IMG/VR virus record: IMGVR_UViG_2974508059_000001 | Coordinates: 160,001-224,000 of that record | From: a virus | Lineage: Duplodnaviria; Caudoviricetes | Length of the DNA: 64,000 nt | Reading direction: 5' to 3' (one strand) | In this document: positions 1 through 8,684 of the stretch, one piece after another | How positions within the stretch are numbered: the stretch's first letter is position 1 | Layout: each line of letters opens with the position of its first letter | Position numbers and translations under genes: made by a program | The notes under the pieces: generated by a model | Database searches by the model: none | Seen by the model: only the letters and a program-made list of their open reading frames with translations | Told to the model about the DNA's origin: nothing

Positions 1-754
1 CAGACGTGGTGAGCCAATCTTTGGTGGTCCACTGCATCGAGGCGGTTGCACTACTGATACGTTTCTCGCACTTCTCACTGATGAGTTTGGTTTCGAGGTA
101 AATCGCTTTTTTAGAGAAGATGAAGACCTCCTCTTTATTGGCATTCACCTTGGACAGCATGGCGTTCTCAAACCCCACATCGTCCTCAATGGAATTAATC
201 CAATACTTGTTACCTTTGTGGTCCTGACATACCCATGTACCGTCACGTGTATTAAACTGGTGCATAAAGGCGGCTTTCTCGCCATTCACCATACAGGTGC
301 GCAGGGTAATGTGGCCTTCTTTGGGTGACACGTTCAGCATGTACGCATTCGAGAAGTCGTCCGCCATTTGGTTGGCAGGGTCCGCTGCCCAGGCGTAGAT
401 GACGTTCTCCAGTCGCTTCACGTTCGAGATGTTAAAGTCCATCCAGAAATACATGTCGGTATCACCCAACTGGAATAGCATCACCGAGTCTTCTTTACAG
501 ACATCGGGCGAGGTCACGCGGTTGGTGTTCCATTTCCACCACCGAGCACGAATGCTGTTGCCCCCTTTGATTTTCAGGTTGTCCTGTGACCCGTTACTGA
601 TATGAGTAAATTCATCCTCCGACGTTTCTGCGTCGACGTTGGTCGGATCGACAAAGTTCACCTCAATGGCGATAGCGTCGATATAATCGGTACCTTGAGG
701 CTTGTCTTTCGCCACAATACCGATTGAGTAAAACTTCACCTGTGAGTTGATCAT
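1..754 (-). CDS. Virion tail protein, probable baseplate central spike (phiKZ gp164-like); truncated at window edge
   Basis: Not in the ORF track. ATG at 754 with AGGAG SD, open frame MINSQVKFYSIGIVAKDKPQGTDYIDAIAIEVNF...RARWWKWNTNRVTSPDV... Beta-rich; position near the SbcC gene recalls phiKZ-like gene order. Confidence 0.55.
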   Translation of the reverse strand, partial: MINSQVKFYSIGIVAKDKPQGTDYIDAIAIEVNFVDPTNVDAETSEDEFTHISNGSQDNLKIKGGNSIRARWWKWNTNRVTSPDVCKEDSVMLFQLGDTDMYFWMDFNISNVKRLENVIYAWAADPANQMADDFSNAYMLNVSPKEGHITLRTCMVNGEKAAFMHQFNTRDGTWVCQDHKGNKYWINSIEDDVGFENAMLSKVNANKEEVFIFSKKAIYLETKLISEKCEKRISSATASMQWTTKDWLTTS

Positions 755-770
755 GTCGGTCTCCTGTTAT

Positions 771-795
771 CATACAAACAGGTACCTCAGTTTTT
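771..795 (-). promoter_or_regulatory. Putative phage RNAP middle/late promoter AAAAAC-N15-TATG
   Basis: Minus strand reads AAAAAC TGAGGTACCTGTTTG TATG directly upstream of the SD of the gene starting at 754. Confidence 0.6.
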
Positions 796-816
796 ACAGA
801 TAAGCGATCTATTGTG
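791..816 (+). promoter_or_regulatory. Putative middle promoter variant TTTTTAC-N15-TGTG
   Basis: Same spacing as other copies, one mismatch in TATG. Confidence 0.4.
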
Positions 817-934
817 TCTGAAATAGAACACACGGGGGTAGGGGGACTATGTGATACCCTTTGACAGGGGCGGAGTCTGAGGGACGAAGACGACTTCCTT
901 TATCTTGGGTTTGGGTTTAACGAGGAGAACAAAC

Positions 935-1351
935 GTGGAAGCGGTGTTACGAGGTATTCGACACAAAGACCCGATCGAGATGCTCGAGGGGTTTGTCAAA
1001 GAGGTGTTGCCGGCAGTCTTACCCGAATGGGTAGTGGGCAATATTGAAACCTACATTCAAGGGAAGTTGCTCTACCCCTACACGCACATGATGATGTGGG
1101 AAACGCAAGCGCCGTTAAGGACGGTCGCCGGGCCGTTACTGGACGCTGTGGAGTTGGAGATTGCCCGCACGGGGATGTTGGTCTACGGCATGAACTGTCG
1201 GGGGATGGCACAGGTGCGCTTGGCCGACCACCCGCAGTTTACGTACGCGGTGCGGGTTGAGCTTGCGGTGATTATCCAGCCGCTAGGCCACCCACCGAAA
1301 CACCCGCTGCGAATACAGGCGGTGGTCTCGTTACGTCAACCCTTAAAATAA
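935..1351 (+). CDS. Hypothetical protein, possible paralog of 1443..2099
   Basis: GAGGAG SD before GTG at 935; contains LPAVLPEWV...YIQGKLL. Confidence 0.65.
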   Translation: MEAVLRGIRHKDPIEMLEGFVKEVLPAVLPEWVVGNIETYIQGKLLYPYTHMMMWETQAPLRTVAGPLLDAVELEIARTGMLVYGMNCRGMAQVRLADHPQFTYAVRVELAVIIQPLGHPPKHPLRIQAVVSLRQPLK

Positions 1352-1354
1352 TAC

Positions 1355-1374
1355 AGATAGATATCATCTTTGTG
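1355..1374 (+). promoter_or_regulatory. Putative early (virion RNAP) promoter
   Basis: AGATAGATATCATCTTTGTG, one of five intergenic copies. Confidence 0.7.
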
Positions 1375-1442
1375 CACTAACGTTTCCTAAACCCCTCACA
1401 TTGAGTTGGGTTGGAGGTTAGTTGCTCTAAAAGGATACTACC

Positions 1443-2099
1443 ATGGCTTTTTACGATGAAGACCCATCTGAATGCAGCTCCTCTCTTGCCCGTGACTACC
1501 CTGTTTCGGAGTTCTTCCCGTCGATGGAGAGTAACTGGGAGAAAGCCTCGCGCTGTCTCCAACCGATTTTACCCCGTTGGATTCAGAGTTTGATGTACGG
1601 GAAGGTGCTTTCGCGCAACAACGTCAAAATCATTCACCAGTACGAAGAACTCGCCGAGGTGCAAAAGTTTGTGTCGAAACAACTACAGCACAATCTGCAG
1701 CAGGAACTCAAAGGCGGGTCGCAGGTCACCGTGTCGGCGGCGTATTGCAAGGTGGAGATTAATAACATCGTGTCGTTTGGTGCGATGATTAATATCACCC
1801 AAATTAACAACCCGGATAAGCCACACCTCTGTCGCACCTTTGAAGGGTTCGTGAACTTCCAAGACCGTACCAAATGGGACATCATGGAAACAGCGGATGC
1901 AGACGACCGCAGCATCAACGACCCGGCATGGCTCATTCCCTCAACCCGGACCCGTCAGAACGGCCATCCCGAGTTCCCCATGGCGATGCGCCTTGACATG
2001 GCGGGGCAGTTTCTCGTGGAGAAAGGCTGGACTGCGTACCGGGTATTGGGCCAACAGTTATTATTAACAGTTGAGCTGGTTATTAAGAAAGGGCAGTAA
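1443..2099 (+). CDS. Hypothetical protein
   Basis: AAGGA SD, 218 aa ORF followed by hairpin plus T tract. Confidence 0.8.
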   Translation: MAFYDEDPSECSSSLARDYPVSEFFPSMESNWEKASRCLQPILPRWIQSLMYGKVLSRNNVKIIHQYEELAEVQKFVSKQLQHNLQQELKGGSQVTVSAAYCKVEINNIVSFGAMINITQINNPDKPHLCRTFEGFVNFQDRTKWDIMETADADDRSINDPAWLIPSTRTRQNGHPEFPMAMRLDMAGQFLVEKGWTAYRVLGQQLLLTVELVIKKGQ

Positions 2100-2109
2100 C
2101 ATTCAGTAC

Positions 2110-2134
2110 AAGAGGGTCCCGGCCCTCTTTTTTT
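2110..2134 (+). terminator. Intrinsic terminator
   Basis: AGAGGGT-CCCG-GCCCTCT followed by T run. Confidence 0.7.
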
Positions 2135-2154
2135 CTTACCTCTAAGGAGCAATC

Positions 2155-2706
2155 ATGCTGTTACGTCGCTATAAAAAAATTGAAGAATTCAAAGCAGACT
2201 TTCCAAAGCAGTTAGCGCAGTTAGATTTTTCCAGCATTGAAGACAACATCATCAAAAGCGGTGGACGCCTGGCCGTGGCCATCGACGGTGACGCCATCGT
2301 ATCCATCTTTGCCGAAGTGCACCCCAACCCGATTGTGACGGTGCTGACCTGTGTGGCGAACTTTGCCCCGGTCATCGCCCAAGACCTGTTTAATGACTAT
2401 CGCCTTGAGCACAAGCTCGGCTTTTTGCTGGTTGATGTCCCGACGTGGTTAAACGTCGACGGTTCCGACCCGCTGTCTGTGATTTGTCGCAGCCCCCGCT
2501 CGACGCTGGGTACCCCGCTCGAACAGTTTCAGGTCAAAGACCAAGATAACCTGCGCAAGCGTCTGCGCCACATTCGCAACAGTAACCAGCCCTACGACTA
2601 CCAAATCCAAATCATGGGTTGGTCAGCCGAGGAGGTCGAGCGTGGCCGTGCGCACCTGTCTGCGCTGTCTTATGAGCCCGTACGGCATCAGTACGCGATT
2701 AACTAA
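2155..2706 (+). CDS. Hypothetical protein
   Basis: AAGGAG SD, 183 aa. Confidence 0.8.
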   Translation: MLLRRYKKIEEFKADFPKQLAQLDFSSIEDNIIKSGGRLAVAIDGDAIVSIFAEVHPNPIVTVLTCVANFAPVIAQDLFNDYRLEHKLGFLLVDVPTWLNVDGSDPLSVICRSPRSTLGTPLEQFQVKDQDNLRKRLRHIRNSNQPYDYQIQIMGWSAEEVERGRAHLSALSYEPVRHQYAIN

Positions 2707-2717
2707 GAGGCAAACCA

Positions 2718-3254
2718 ATGAAGGTCACCGCATTTCTGGCAGTTCCCGGTAAATCTGATTCCCTGCCGGAACTCACGCCCAGTTACACACTGGTAAAAGA
2801 CGCCAATGCACTCAAGGCATCTATTGACCGCCAGCGCGGCGAGTCAAGTGACCCGTACACGCTGATTGAAACCGAAGTGAACATCAACCGTTTCTTCGTC
2901 AACGATCGCAAAGGCACTTACGTCAAGCTGCAACAGATTGAAGATTTGATGGGCCGTGATTTCGCCATCACCTTCGCTGTGCGTAACGAACACGAAGTGC
3001 AAAAGACCCCGCACTACAAAAAGATTCGCGAACTCAATCCGGGTGTGAATCTGCGTAGCCTGCTGAAAGACACCCTGCCGGTGCTGCCGGACGTTGACCT
3101 GTTACCGGGCACCGTGTTTGGCAACAAGCAGATTGTCGAGCGCCTGATTAAAGAAGGCTACGACGGAGCCAGCCTGCTGGGCAGCGACGGCATCCCGCAA
3201 TACTTTGTCTTCAGTGCTGAACAGCTGAAGGTCAAACGTACCAGCACCGTCTAA
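2718..3254 (+). CDS. ADP-ribosyltransferase-fold (ART-PolyVal-like) protein, possibly degenerate
   Basis: C-terminal LIKEGYDGASL...YFVFSAEQLK matches the GYDG...YVVF.PEQIK signature; no N-terminal YHGT motif. Confidence 0.5.
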   Translation: MKVTAFLAVPGKSDSLPELTPSYTLVKDANALKASIDRQRGESSDPYTLIETEVNINRFFVNDRKGTYVKLQQIEDLMGRDFAITFAVRNEHEVQKTPHYKKIRELNPGVNLRSLLKDTLPVLPDVDLLPGTVFGNKQIVERLIKEGYDGASLLGSDGIPQYFVFSAEQLKVKRTSTV

Positions 3255-3259
3255 GAGTA

Positions 3260-3298
3260 AAGGTTACACCTTCGGGTGTAACCTACTTTTATTTTTTA
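3260..3298 (+). terminator. Intrinsic terminator
   Basis: AGGTTACACC-TTCG-GGTGTAACCT plus T-rich tail. Confidence 0.85.
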
Positions 3299-3344
3299 CG
3301 TCTAATTTTCATCCTTTGGGGTATGTTTGAACGAAAATGATTTC

Positions 3345-3364
3345 AGATAGATATTATTTTCGTG
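3345..3364 (+). promoter_or_regulatory. Putative early promoter
   Basis: AGATAGATATTATTTTCGTG. Confidence 0.7.
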
Positions 3365-3478
3365 GAGTTGTGCATTACTCCTTTCATCCTAACTTAACTC
3401 GTCGCTATCGACAGGACCTCCCACATGGCCTTTGGTTCCGTGTGCCTGCTTCGAATCCGACACCCAGAGTATTACCGC

Positions 3479-4999
3479 ATGAACAACCAACAGAAATTCC
3501 AAACCATCGTCGAGCGTGAACTTGCCAACTTAAAAGGTAAGTTTCAAAAGAGTTCTGAACTGGCAGTGGCGCTGCACGAAGCCGTTGTGGCAGCCGCAAA
3601 GAAAGAAACTGATCTTTCTGTTATCCGGCTTTCAATTCACTCGCCCGACCTGAAGAACAATGTAACCGATATCAATGCCGATTTGCGACTGTGTCTTAGT
3701 TTAGCCAACGGGGAAGAATTAACCGCTTACATTGCCACCGAAGCATGGTTAAACGCCCTTCCACTTGAGTGGAGTTTCCAAGGCATTCTTCCAGGGCAGG
3801 TGACGACTACCATTGGCACGCTTCTCGTAAACATTGATGGGGCAAACAGTCTCGAAGAGGCGGCGCTAGTCGTTGCGCAAACTGCCGCCAAAGAATTCCC
3901 GGGCTATGTCATCTACCACACAATGGACCGTGACGGGATGTGGGTGGTCTATTTCCTTGAAAGAAAAACCACTAAAGTAGCGATTGTCGGTTCGTGGGCG
4001 TTAGCGGATTTCTTCCCGCGTTTAGCCACACAATCTACACAGTCTGCCATTAAGGTCACGGTCGACAGTATCCTGAACATGTTAACTCCACCACAAGAGC
4101 TGCAGGGGTTGGGTGGGATACAACGTTCGCCTGAGAACCTTTTCATCGCAGTCAAAACCTACCTGCGAAATCTGCGGGACTATTACCGTGTGGCGTTCCC
4201 GTTCACCTACCAAGTGCTGTGGGCAACCTCCACCGATAACTTGGCGAAACCGGTGTTGGAATTGATTGGCAGTGCTGAGCTGTCACTGGTTGCTGAAACA
4301 GATGCCATCATTAGCATCATCGAGCGTAGGATTGGCGATGATGCGGAACTGCGCGAGAAGTTCATGGCGCACGTGCGCAACCCCATGCATATCGCAACCC
4401 ACATCATGGTCCGTATTACCGTTGACGTAGGGGTTACCAAAACGTGGTTCAGTCCGATTGCGGGCATGGTTCGAGCCTCGGGGTCTTATGATGTCAACAC
4501 CAATAACCCACACCTGCCTTTGTGGGTCGTAGCGTCGTTCCGTGAGGTCATGACACCACCACCTCGGCCGCGTAACACACGCAATGCACTGGAAGACCAT
4601 GTTCATGACTCGGTTGAAAGGCTGGGTCAGGAGTTTGGTAAAGGGTCTGTCTTTGTCCCGTGTCTGAAGGCCAACATTGCGACACTGTGGGGTTCAGTCG
4701 TTGAGAACCACGCGAAGCCGCAGTTAGGTTTCCAAGCGCCGTACCGCATGGTGCGCACCATCGTTGCGGATTTTGCTCAGTGGCTCGACCACCACGGCAA
4801 AGATCTGATGATGTCTGATGACGACTTCTCCATGCATGTTGTGCCAGCGCAGTTCGCAATTGAAGTTGTCTTCACCGACCACAGGACAGGCCGTACCGAA
4901 ACCGTGTTGTTCACCTATGCGGATTTAGACGGGCAGATTAAAGCGGGTCTGGATTGGCACCCTGAAGCGCCAACCTTCTTCATCCCCCGCGAGTTCTAA
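3479..4999 (+). CDS. Hypothetical protein, about 506 aa (start may be 3425)
   Basis: Long ORF after early promoter and structured leader; ends at a terminator. Confidence 0.8.
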   Translation: MNNQQKFQTIVERELANLKGKFQKSSELAVALHEAVVAAAKKETDLSVIRLSIHSPDLKNNVTDINADLRLCLSLANGEELTAYIATEAWLNALPLEWSFQGILPGQVTTTIGTLLVNIDGANSLEEAALVVAQTAAKEFPGYVIYHTMDRDGMWVVYFLERKTTKVAIVGSWALADFFPRLATQSTQSAIKVTVDSILNMLTPPQELQGLGGIQRSPENLFIAVKTYLRNLRDYYRVAFPFTYQVLWATSTDNLAKPVLELIGSAELSLVAETDAIISIIERRIGDDAELREKFMAHVRNPMHIATHIMVRITVDVGVTKTWFSPIAGMVRASGSYDVNTNNPHLPLWVVASFREVMTPPPRPRNTRNALEDHVHDSVERLGQEFGKGSVFVPCLKANIATLWGSVVENHAKPQLGFQAPYRMVRTIVADFAQWLDHHGKDLMMSDDDFSMHVVPAQFAIEVVFTDHRTGRTETVLFTYADLDGQIKAGLDWHPEAPTFFIPREF

Positions 5000-5008
5000 T
5001 ATCGACAC

Positions 5009-5033
5009 GGGCAACCTTCGGGTTGCCCTTTTT
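5009..5033 (+). terminator. Intrinsic terminator
   Basis: GGGCAACC-TTCG-GGTTGCCC-TTTTT. Confidence 0.85.
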
Positions 5034-5051
5034 CATGGCAAGGAGTAATCA

Positions 5052-5297
5052 ATGGAACTGGTTTATACCGATAAGAATCACGAAGTCATCGATAGCTATC
5101 GGGTGATTTCTTGTAGCAAGAATCTGGGCGACGTGGAAACTGTGGTCATCACGTCAGCGGGAAAAGTTGCACTGTTGTTAAGCAACGGACTCTCACAGCC
5201 GAACCTTTCGGACTTTAGCCTGCATCTGGCTCACTCAGACAAAGACCGCATTAACCGTCGTGTGAACGTCGTGGATAACCACGTACAGCCACACTAA
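5052..5297 (+). CDS. Hypothetical protein
   Basis: AGGAG SD, 81 aa. Confidence 0.7.
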   Translation: MELVYTDKNHEVIDSYRVISCSKNLGDVETVVITSAGKVALLLSNGLSQPNLSDFSLHLAHSDKDRINRRVNVVDNHVQPH

Positions 5298-5304
5298 CCT
5301 TACC

Positions 5305-5327
5305 GGAGACAGATGTCTCCTCTTTTT
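5305..5327 (+). terminator. Probable intrinsic terminator
   Basis: GGAGAC-AGAT-GTCTCC-TCTTTTT. Confidence 0.55.
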
Positions 5328-5340
5328 GGGATTACAAGCA

Positions 5341-5706
5341 ATGCGCAAAGCAGTTCTTTTGGCGTTCCTGTTGGTCGCCACCACCACCGCCGTTTCAGCC
5401 CCGAGTGTGTTACCGGCCGTGTTTAAACCCACCGAAGACTCTATGCCGGTTGACCCGGATGAAGTTGTTGTCGAGCTGGCCAGTAAAAGTGAATGGACGG
5501 TCTATCGTCTTGCCACGGTCACCAACCGCTGTACGGGTCTGGTACTGGCGAACACACGTACCCACTATTTCCAACGCTTACGGGATATCTCCTGTGACGA
5601 TGGTGTGACCTCTGCGCACATCATCCCACTGCGTCAGAATGGGGTGTACGCGGTGGACTTCTACAACGAGTCAGAGCTTATCGGACGCTTAACCGTTAAG
5701 CGTTAA
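5341..5706 (+). CDS. Secreted Cys-containing protein (periplasmic array member 1)
   Basis: Signal peptide MRKAVLLAFLLVATTTAVSA; two Cys in the mature part. Confidence 0.7.
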   Translation: MRKAVLLAFLLVATTTAVSAPSVLPAVFKPTEDSMPVDPDEVVVELASKSEWTVYRLATVTNRCTGLVLANTRTHYFQRLRDISCDDGVTSAHIIPLRQNGVYAVDFYNESELIGRLTVKR

Positions 5707-5776
5707 ATTTACGTGTTCACCTCATCCTTTATAGGGTGGGGATTCCTTTATTTATTTTCCTATAAGGAAAGTCAAA

Positions 5777-6172
5777 ATGAAACGAGTCTTTATCGCCCTA
5801 GCGCTCCTCATGAGTGCATTCGCTGCCCAAGCATTGACATTGGAAGTGCCCGATGTTGTAAAGGATGGGGACGCTCCTAAATCTAACGCGCAGTTCTGGT
5901 GTAATACAAAGACCACCGCTACCGGCCAGTGTGAAACTGTGCAGGTTGACCAAACCTTTACTTACATCTTAGTTCACCAACCCGGTACGGAACAGTGCCA
6001 AGCCGGCCGTTGGAGCTATATCAACATTGATACCTCAACAGGTTATCGGGTTCACACCAAAACCAACACCTGTCGGGGTAACATCCATGCGAAGCTCTTT
6101 ACCGTGGATAACAAAATGGCGGTTGTCTTCTTAGATGACACCACCCCTGTTGAAATCGTTTACATTAAATAA
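5777..6172 (+). CDS. Secreted Cys-containing protein (array member 2)
   Basis: Signal peptide ending AQA; 4 Cys; ILVHQPGTEQCQAG motif. Confidence 0.85.
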   Translation: MKRVFIALALLMSAFAAQALTLEVPDVVKDGDAPKSNAQFWCNTKTTATGQCETVQVDQTFTYILVHQPGTEQCQAGRWSYINIDTSTGYRVHTKTNTCRGNIHAKLFTVDNKMAVVFLDDTTPVEIVYIK

Positions 6173-6190
6173 TCTTTTTAGGAGAAGTCC

Positions 6191-6589
6191 ATGTTTCGTG
6201 CCATTCTGATTGTTATTGGTTTTATCGTTGCTGCGGCTAACATCTCGGTTGTGCGTGCTGCCCCCTCGTTTGACGGTGTGTTGATTAAGCCCTACAAATA
6301 CCAGCCAGCGGGCTTTGACAAATGCTCCAGCAATCCACTTGTGGCGAACAGTTGCCGGGAAACCGAGAAGATGGAACAGTTCACAATCCTGCATCAGCCG
6401 GGCGGTGAAACCTGTCCTGCGGGCTACTTCTATTTACTCGACGACAAACAGCAAGCCGCGTCAGCCCTGCCCACCGAGGAATGCGACCCCTCAGTTGTAC
6501 TCAATTTTGTGAAGAACCCCACGAATAATCAGGTCTTCATTGTCATGTCACTGCATGGAGAGCCAGTGTCGAAGTTCACGATACAATAA
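6191..6589 (+). CDS. Secreted Cys-containing protein (array member 3)
   Basis: Signal peptide ending VRA; 4 Cys; ILHQPGGETCPAG motif. Confidence 0.85.
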   Translation: MFRAILIVIGFIVAAANISVVRAAPSFDGVLIKPYKYQPAGFDKCSSNPLVANSCRETEKMEQFTILHQPGGETCPAGYFYLLDDKQQAASALPTEECDPSVVLNFVKNPTNNQVFIVMSLHGEPVSKFTIQ

Positions 6590-6601
6590 AAGGTAGGTCG
6601 C

Positions 6602-7009
6602 ATGTTCAGATTGTTTGCTTTGCTTGGGATATTAATTGCGGGGGTCGCACACGCAGAATTCGATGGGGAGCAAATTCCCCATTACCGTGTGAACAACGGC
6701 ACCCCGATGAAACGCTGCACAGTGGAAGCATTCAAAGATGGACGCTGCTTCGAGGTTGCCGAACAGGGCAACCTCGTTATTCTGGCGTTCGAGCTTGGGC
6801 CCTGTAAACTCAAACGACCAGAAGACTACGGGTATGTCTTGTTGAATACCCGCTCTAAACTGGTCACCCCATTGAACATCACTGGCGAGCACTGTGGCGA
6901 AATGCCGGTGCCACGTTTTAGTGTGTCGACGGATAACGAAGGCGAGACCCAGCCGGTTATTTCATTTTTTGCCAATAACCAACAGATTCAAACCTTCTAC
7001 TTGAACTGA
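6602..7009 (+). CDS. Secreted Cys-containing protein (array member 4)
   Basis: Signal peptide ending AHA; FDG..I..Y start shared with member 3; 4 Cys. Confidence 0.85.
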   Translation: MFRLFALLGILIAGVAHAEFDGEQIPHYRVNNGTPMKRCTVEAFKDGRCFEVAEQGNLVILAFELGPCKLKRPEDYGYVLLNTRSKLVTPLNITGEHCGEMPVPRFSVSTDNEGETQPVISFFANNQQIQTFYLN

Positions 7010-7018
7010 GGGTAGTCT

Positions 7019-7399
7019 ATGTCTCAGAGTGAACTGGCAGAGTATGCCGAATCGTATCGAAGCGATAACAACGACGGAAGCGAATTCTTCTTTCCCGCTC
7101 ATGAAGGGCATTGGGAGGAACGGGTTTTACACCCATCCGACTTTTCTGATTTGTGGTCAACTTCGGCTGAAGCCAGAGAGTATCTGGAAGCCGAAATCCG
7201 CATGCGAGTGAAAGATGAACTGCCCCACGCTGATTTTGTAGATATGTTACGCCACGGGGTTAAGTGTGCGGTAATTGCCACCTGCATCAATGGCCGGTAT
7301 CGACTCTGGGATGGACACCACCGAGTAGCCACGGCTATTATCCGAAACGAACCCATCACCGCCGTGGTGGGTTACCGTTGTCTATCCCAAGTAATTTGA
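7019..7399 (+). CDS. Stand-alone ParB/Srx-like N-terminal domain protein
   Basis: GRYRLWDGHHRVATA motif. Confidence 0.65.
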   Translation: MSQSELAEYAESYRSDNNDGSEFFFPAHEGHWEERVLHPSDFSDLWSTSAEAREYLEAEIRMRVKDELPHADFVDMLRHGVKCAVIATCINGRYRLWDGHHRVATAIIRNEPITAVVGYRCLSQVI

Positions 7400-7418
7400 G
7401 ATAGATATTACCTTGGTG
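7399..7418 (+). promoter_or_regulatory. Putative early promoter
   Basis: AGATAGATATTACCTTGGTG. Confidence 0.7.
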
Positions 7419-7501
7419 AGAGAACACATCACTCTCTCACATTGGTAGTCTGTTGGCCCTGTAGTTCAACCCCCAGAGTTTTTGGCTACAGGGCCCTTTT
7501 T
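7416..7501 (+). ncRNA. Candidate small RNA or attenuator leader
   Basis: Two hairpins (GTGAGAGA/TCTCTCAC; GGCCCTGTAG/CTACAGGGCC) then CTTTTT, immediately after the promoter motif. Confidence 0.35.
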
Positions 7502-7538
7502 AACTTAATCGACTTTTGTTACACCCTAGGAGCCCATC

Positions 7539-8048
7539 ATGTTAGAAGTTAAAAATATCCACGACCATGCGAAGTATTTCGTTAATCTGATGACAGCGTT
7601 TAATGTTGACGGCGATGCCCTGCGCAGTATGGTATCAACGACTACCAAAGTGCTGGAACTGCAGCAAATGATGCACCGGAATGAGAACGTCGGGGTTATC
7701 GCGCAAGCTGCTACGAAAATCAGCCTGACGTGGTTTAACCATGCGTTCCGTCATCCTCTCTTTAACAAACACACGCAGAACTTCTTCTACGTGAAGCGTC
7801 AGCTCCATGCACTCGACATCGAGTTGCAGGACACCTCACGCAACTACCCGCACGACGCCACCACGCGCTACATGGTCATTGCTGACCCGACAGCCGGCGG
7901 TATGGAGATTCTGGATTTAGAATCCGGTGAGCGTCTCCCGGCAGTTGCGGCCTTTACCACCAACGGTGCACTGTCTTCGGGCAAGGCCACCATTAACCAC
8001 AAAGAGGAGCGCGTCTGGAACAGTTCTCCAGATGCTCGCTTCCTCTAA
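7539..8048 (+). CDS. Hypothetical protein
   Basis: AGGAG SD, 169 aa, followed by GGCCCC/GGGGCC hairpin and T tract. Confidence 0.8.
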   Translation: MLEVKNIHDHAKYFVNLMTAFNVDGDALRSMVSTTTKVLELQQMMHRNENVGVIAQAATKISLTWFNHAFRHPLFNKHTQNFFYVKRQLHALDIELQDTSRNYPHDATTRYMVIADPTAGGMEILDLESGERLPAVAAFTTNGALSSGKATINHKEERVWNSSPDARFL

Positions 8049-8096
8049 CAGTGGCCCCTGCGGGGGCCCTTTCTTTTTGTTTGATGAGAAGAGAAC

Positions 8097-8645
8097 ATGA
8101 CCGACATCAAATTGATTGCCATGCTGGAAACGCTGACCAGTCTTAAAACCAACAGCTACATGAAAGTCCGTGTCGAGATTTCCGAAGACGAGTACAAAAC
8201 GCTGGTGAAGAATGCCTTCATCAAAGCCTACCTCGACAAAACCTTCCCCGAGCAGATCAAAGTGCTGGACGAGTGGGTCGCCACTCCAACGAACCTGCGG
8301 GATGCCAGCAAGAAGCCGTTCTGGCCACGTGCGATGACAGGCCGTATGCCACAGCGGGTTGTCTGGTTCTACAAAGACGGTGACCGCCTGAAAGGGAAAA
8401 TCATCGGCTGGGATGCACCCGATGCGGATATCGATATTTGCCCAGTGGGTGAGTGTCAGCAGCCTACCTTCGTGGGCGCACTGTATCCGTACAACAATCC
8501 ATCGACCGGGTACCTGACACCGGTGTTTGTGGATGGCGTGGTGCCGCCGTATTATCACGAGCTGGCTATCTGGCAGACCGAGCAAGGCTTAAACGTCATG
8601 CGCTCGTCCGATGGCTACACATGGGGTGACATGTTAGAGGCATAG
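8097..8645 (+). CDS. Hypothetical protein
   Basis: 182 aa ORF followed by CGGGAATCC-TTCG-GGATTCCCG hairpin. Confidence 0.8.
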   Translation: MTDIKLIAMLETLTSLKTNSYMKVRVEISEDEYKTLVKNAFIKAYLDKTFPEQIKVLDEWVATPTNLRDASKKPFWPRAMTGRMPQRVVWFYKDGDRLKGKIIGWDAPDADIDICPVGECQQPTFVGALYPYNNPSTGYLTPVFVDGVVPPYYHELAIWQTEQGLNVMRSSDGYTWGDMLEA

Positions 8646-8684
8646 CGGTGCAGCGGGAATCCTTCGGGATTCCCGTGGTACTAA

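Noticed and set aside
2155-2706. Possible GNAT-like fold (LAVAIDGDAIVSIF)
   Set aside because: No acetyl-CoA binding motif A; evidence too thin
3400-3470. TTCGAATCC...ACCCA resembling a tRNA T-loop and 3' end
   Set aside because: No G-C closing pair or 5-bp T stem, and no acceptor or anticodon arms; treated as a structured leader
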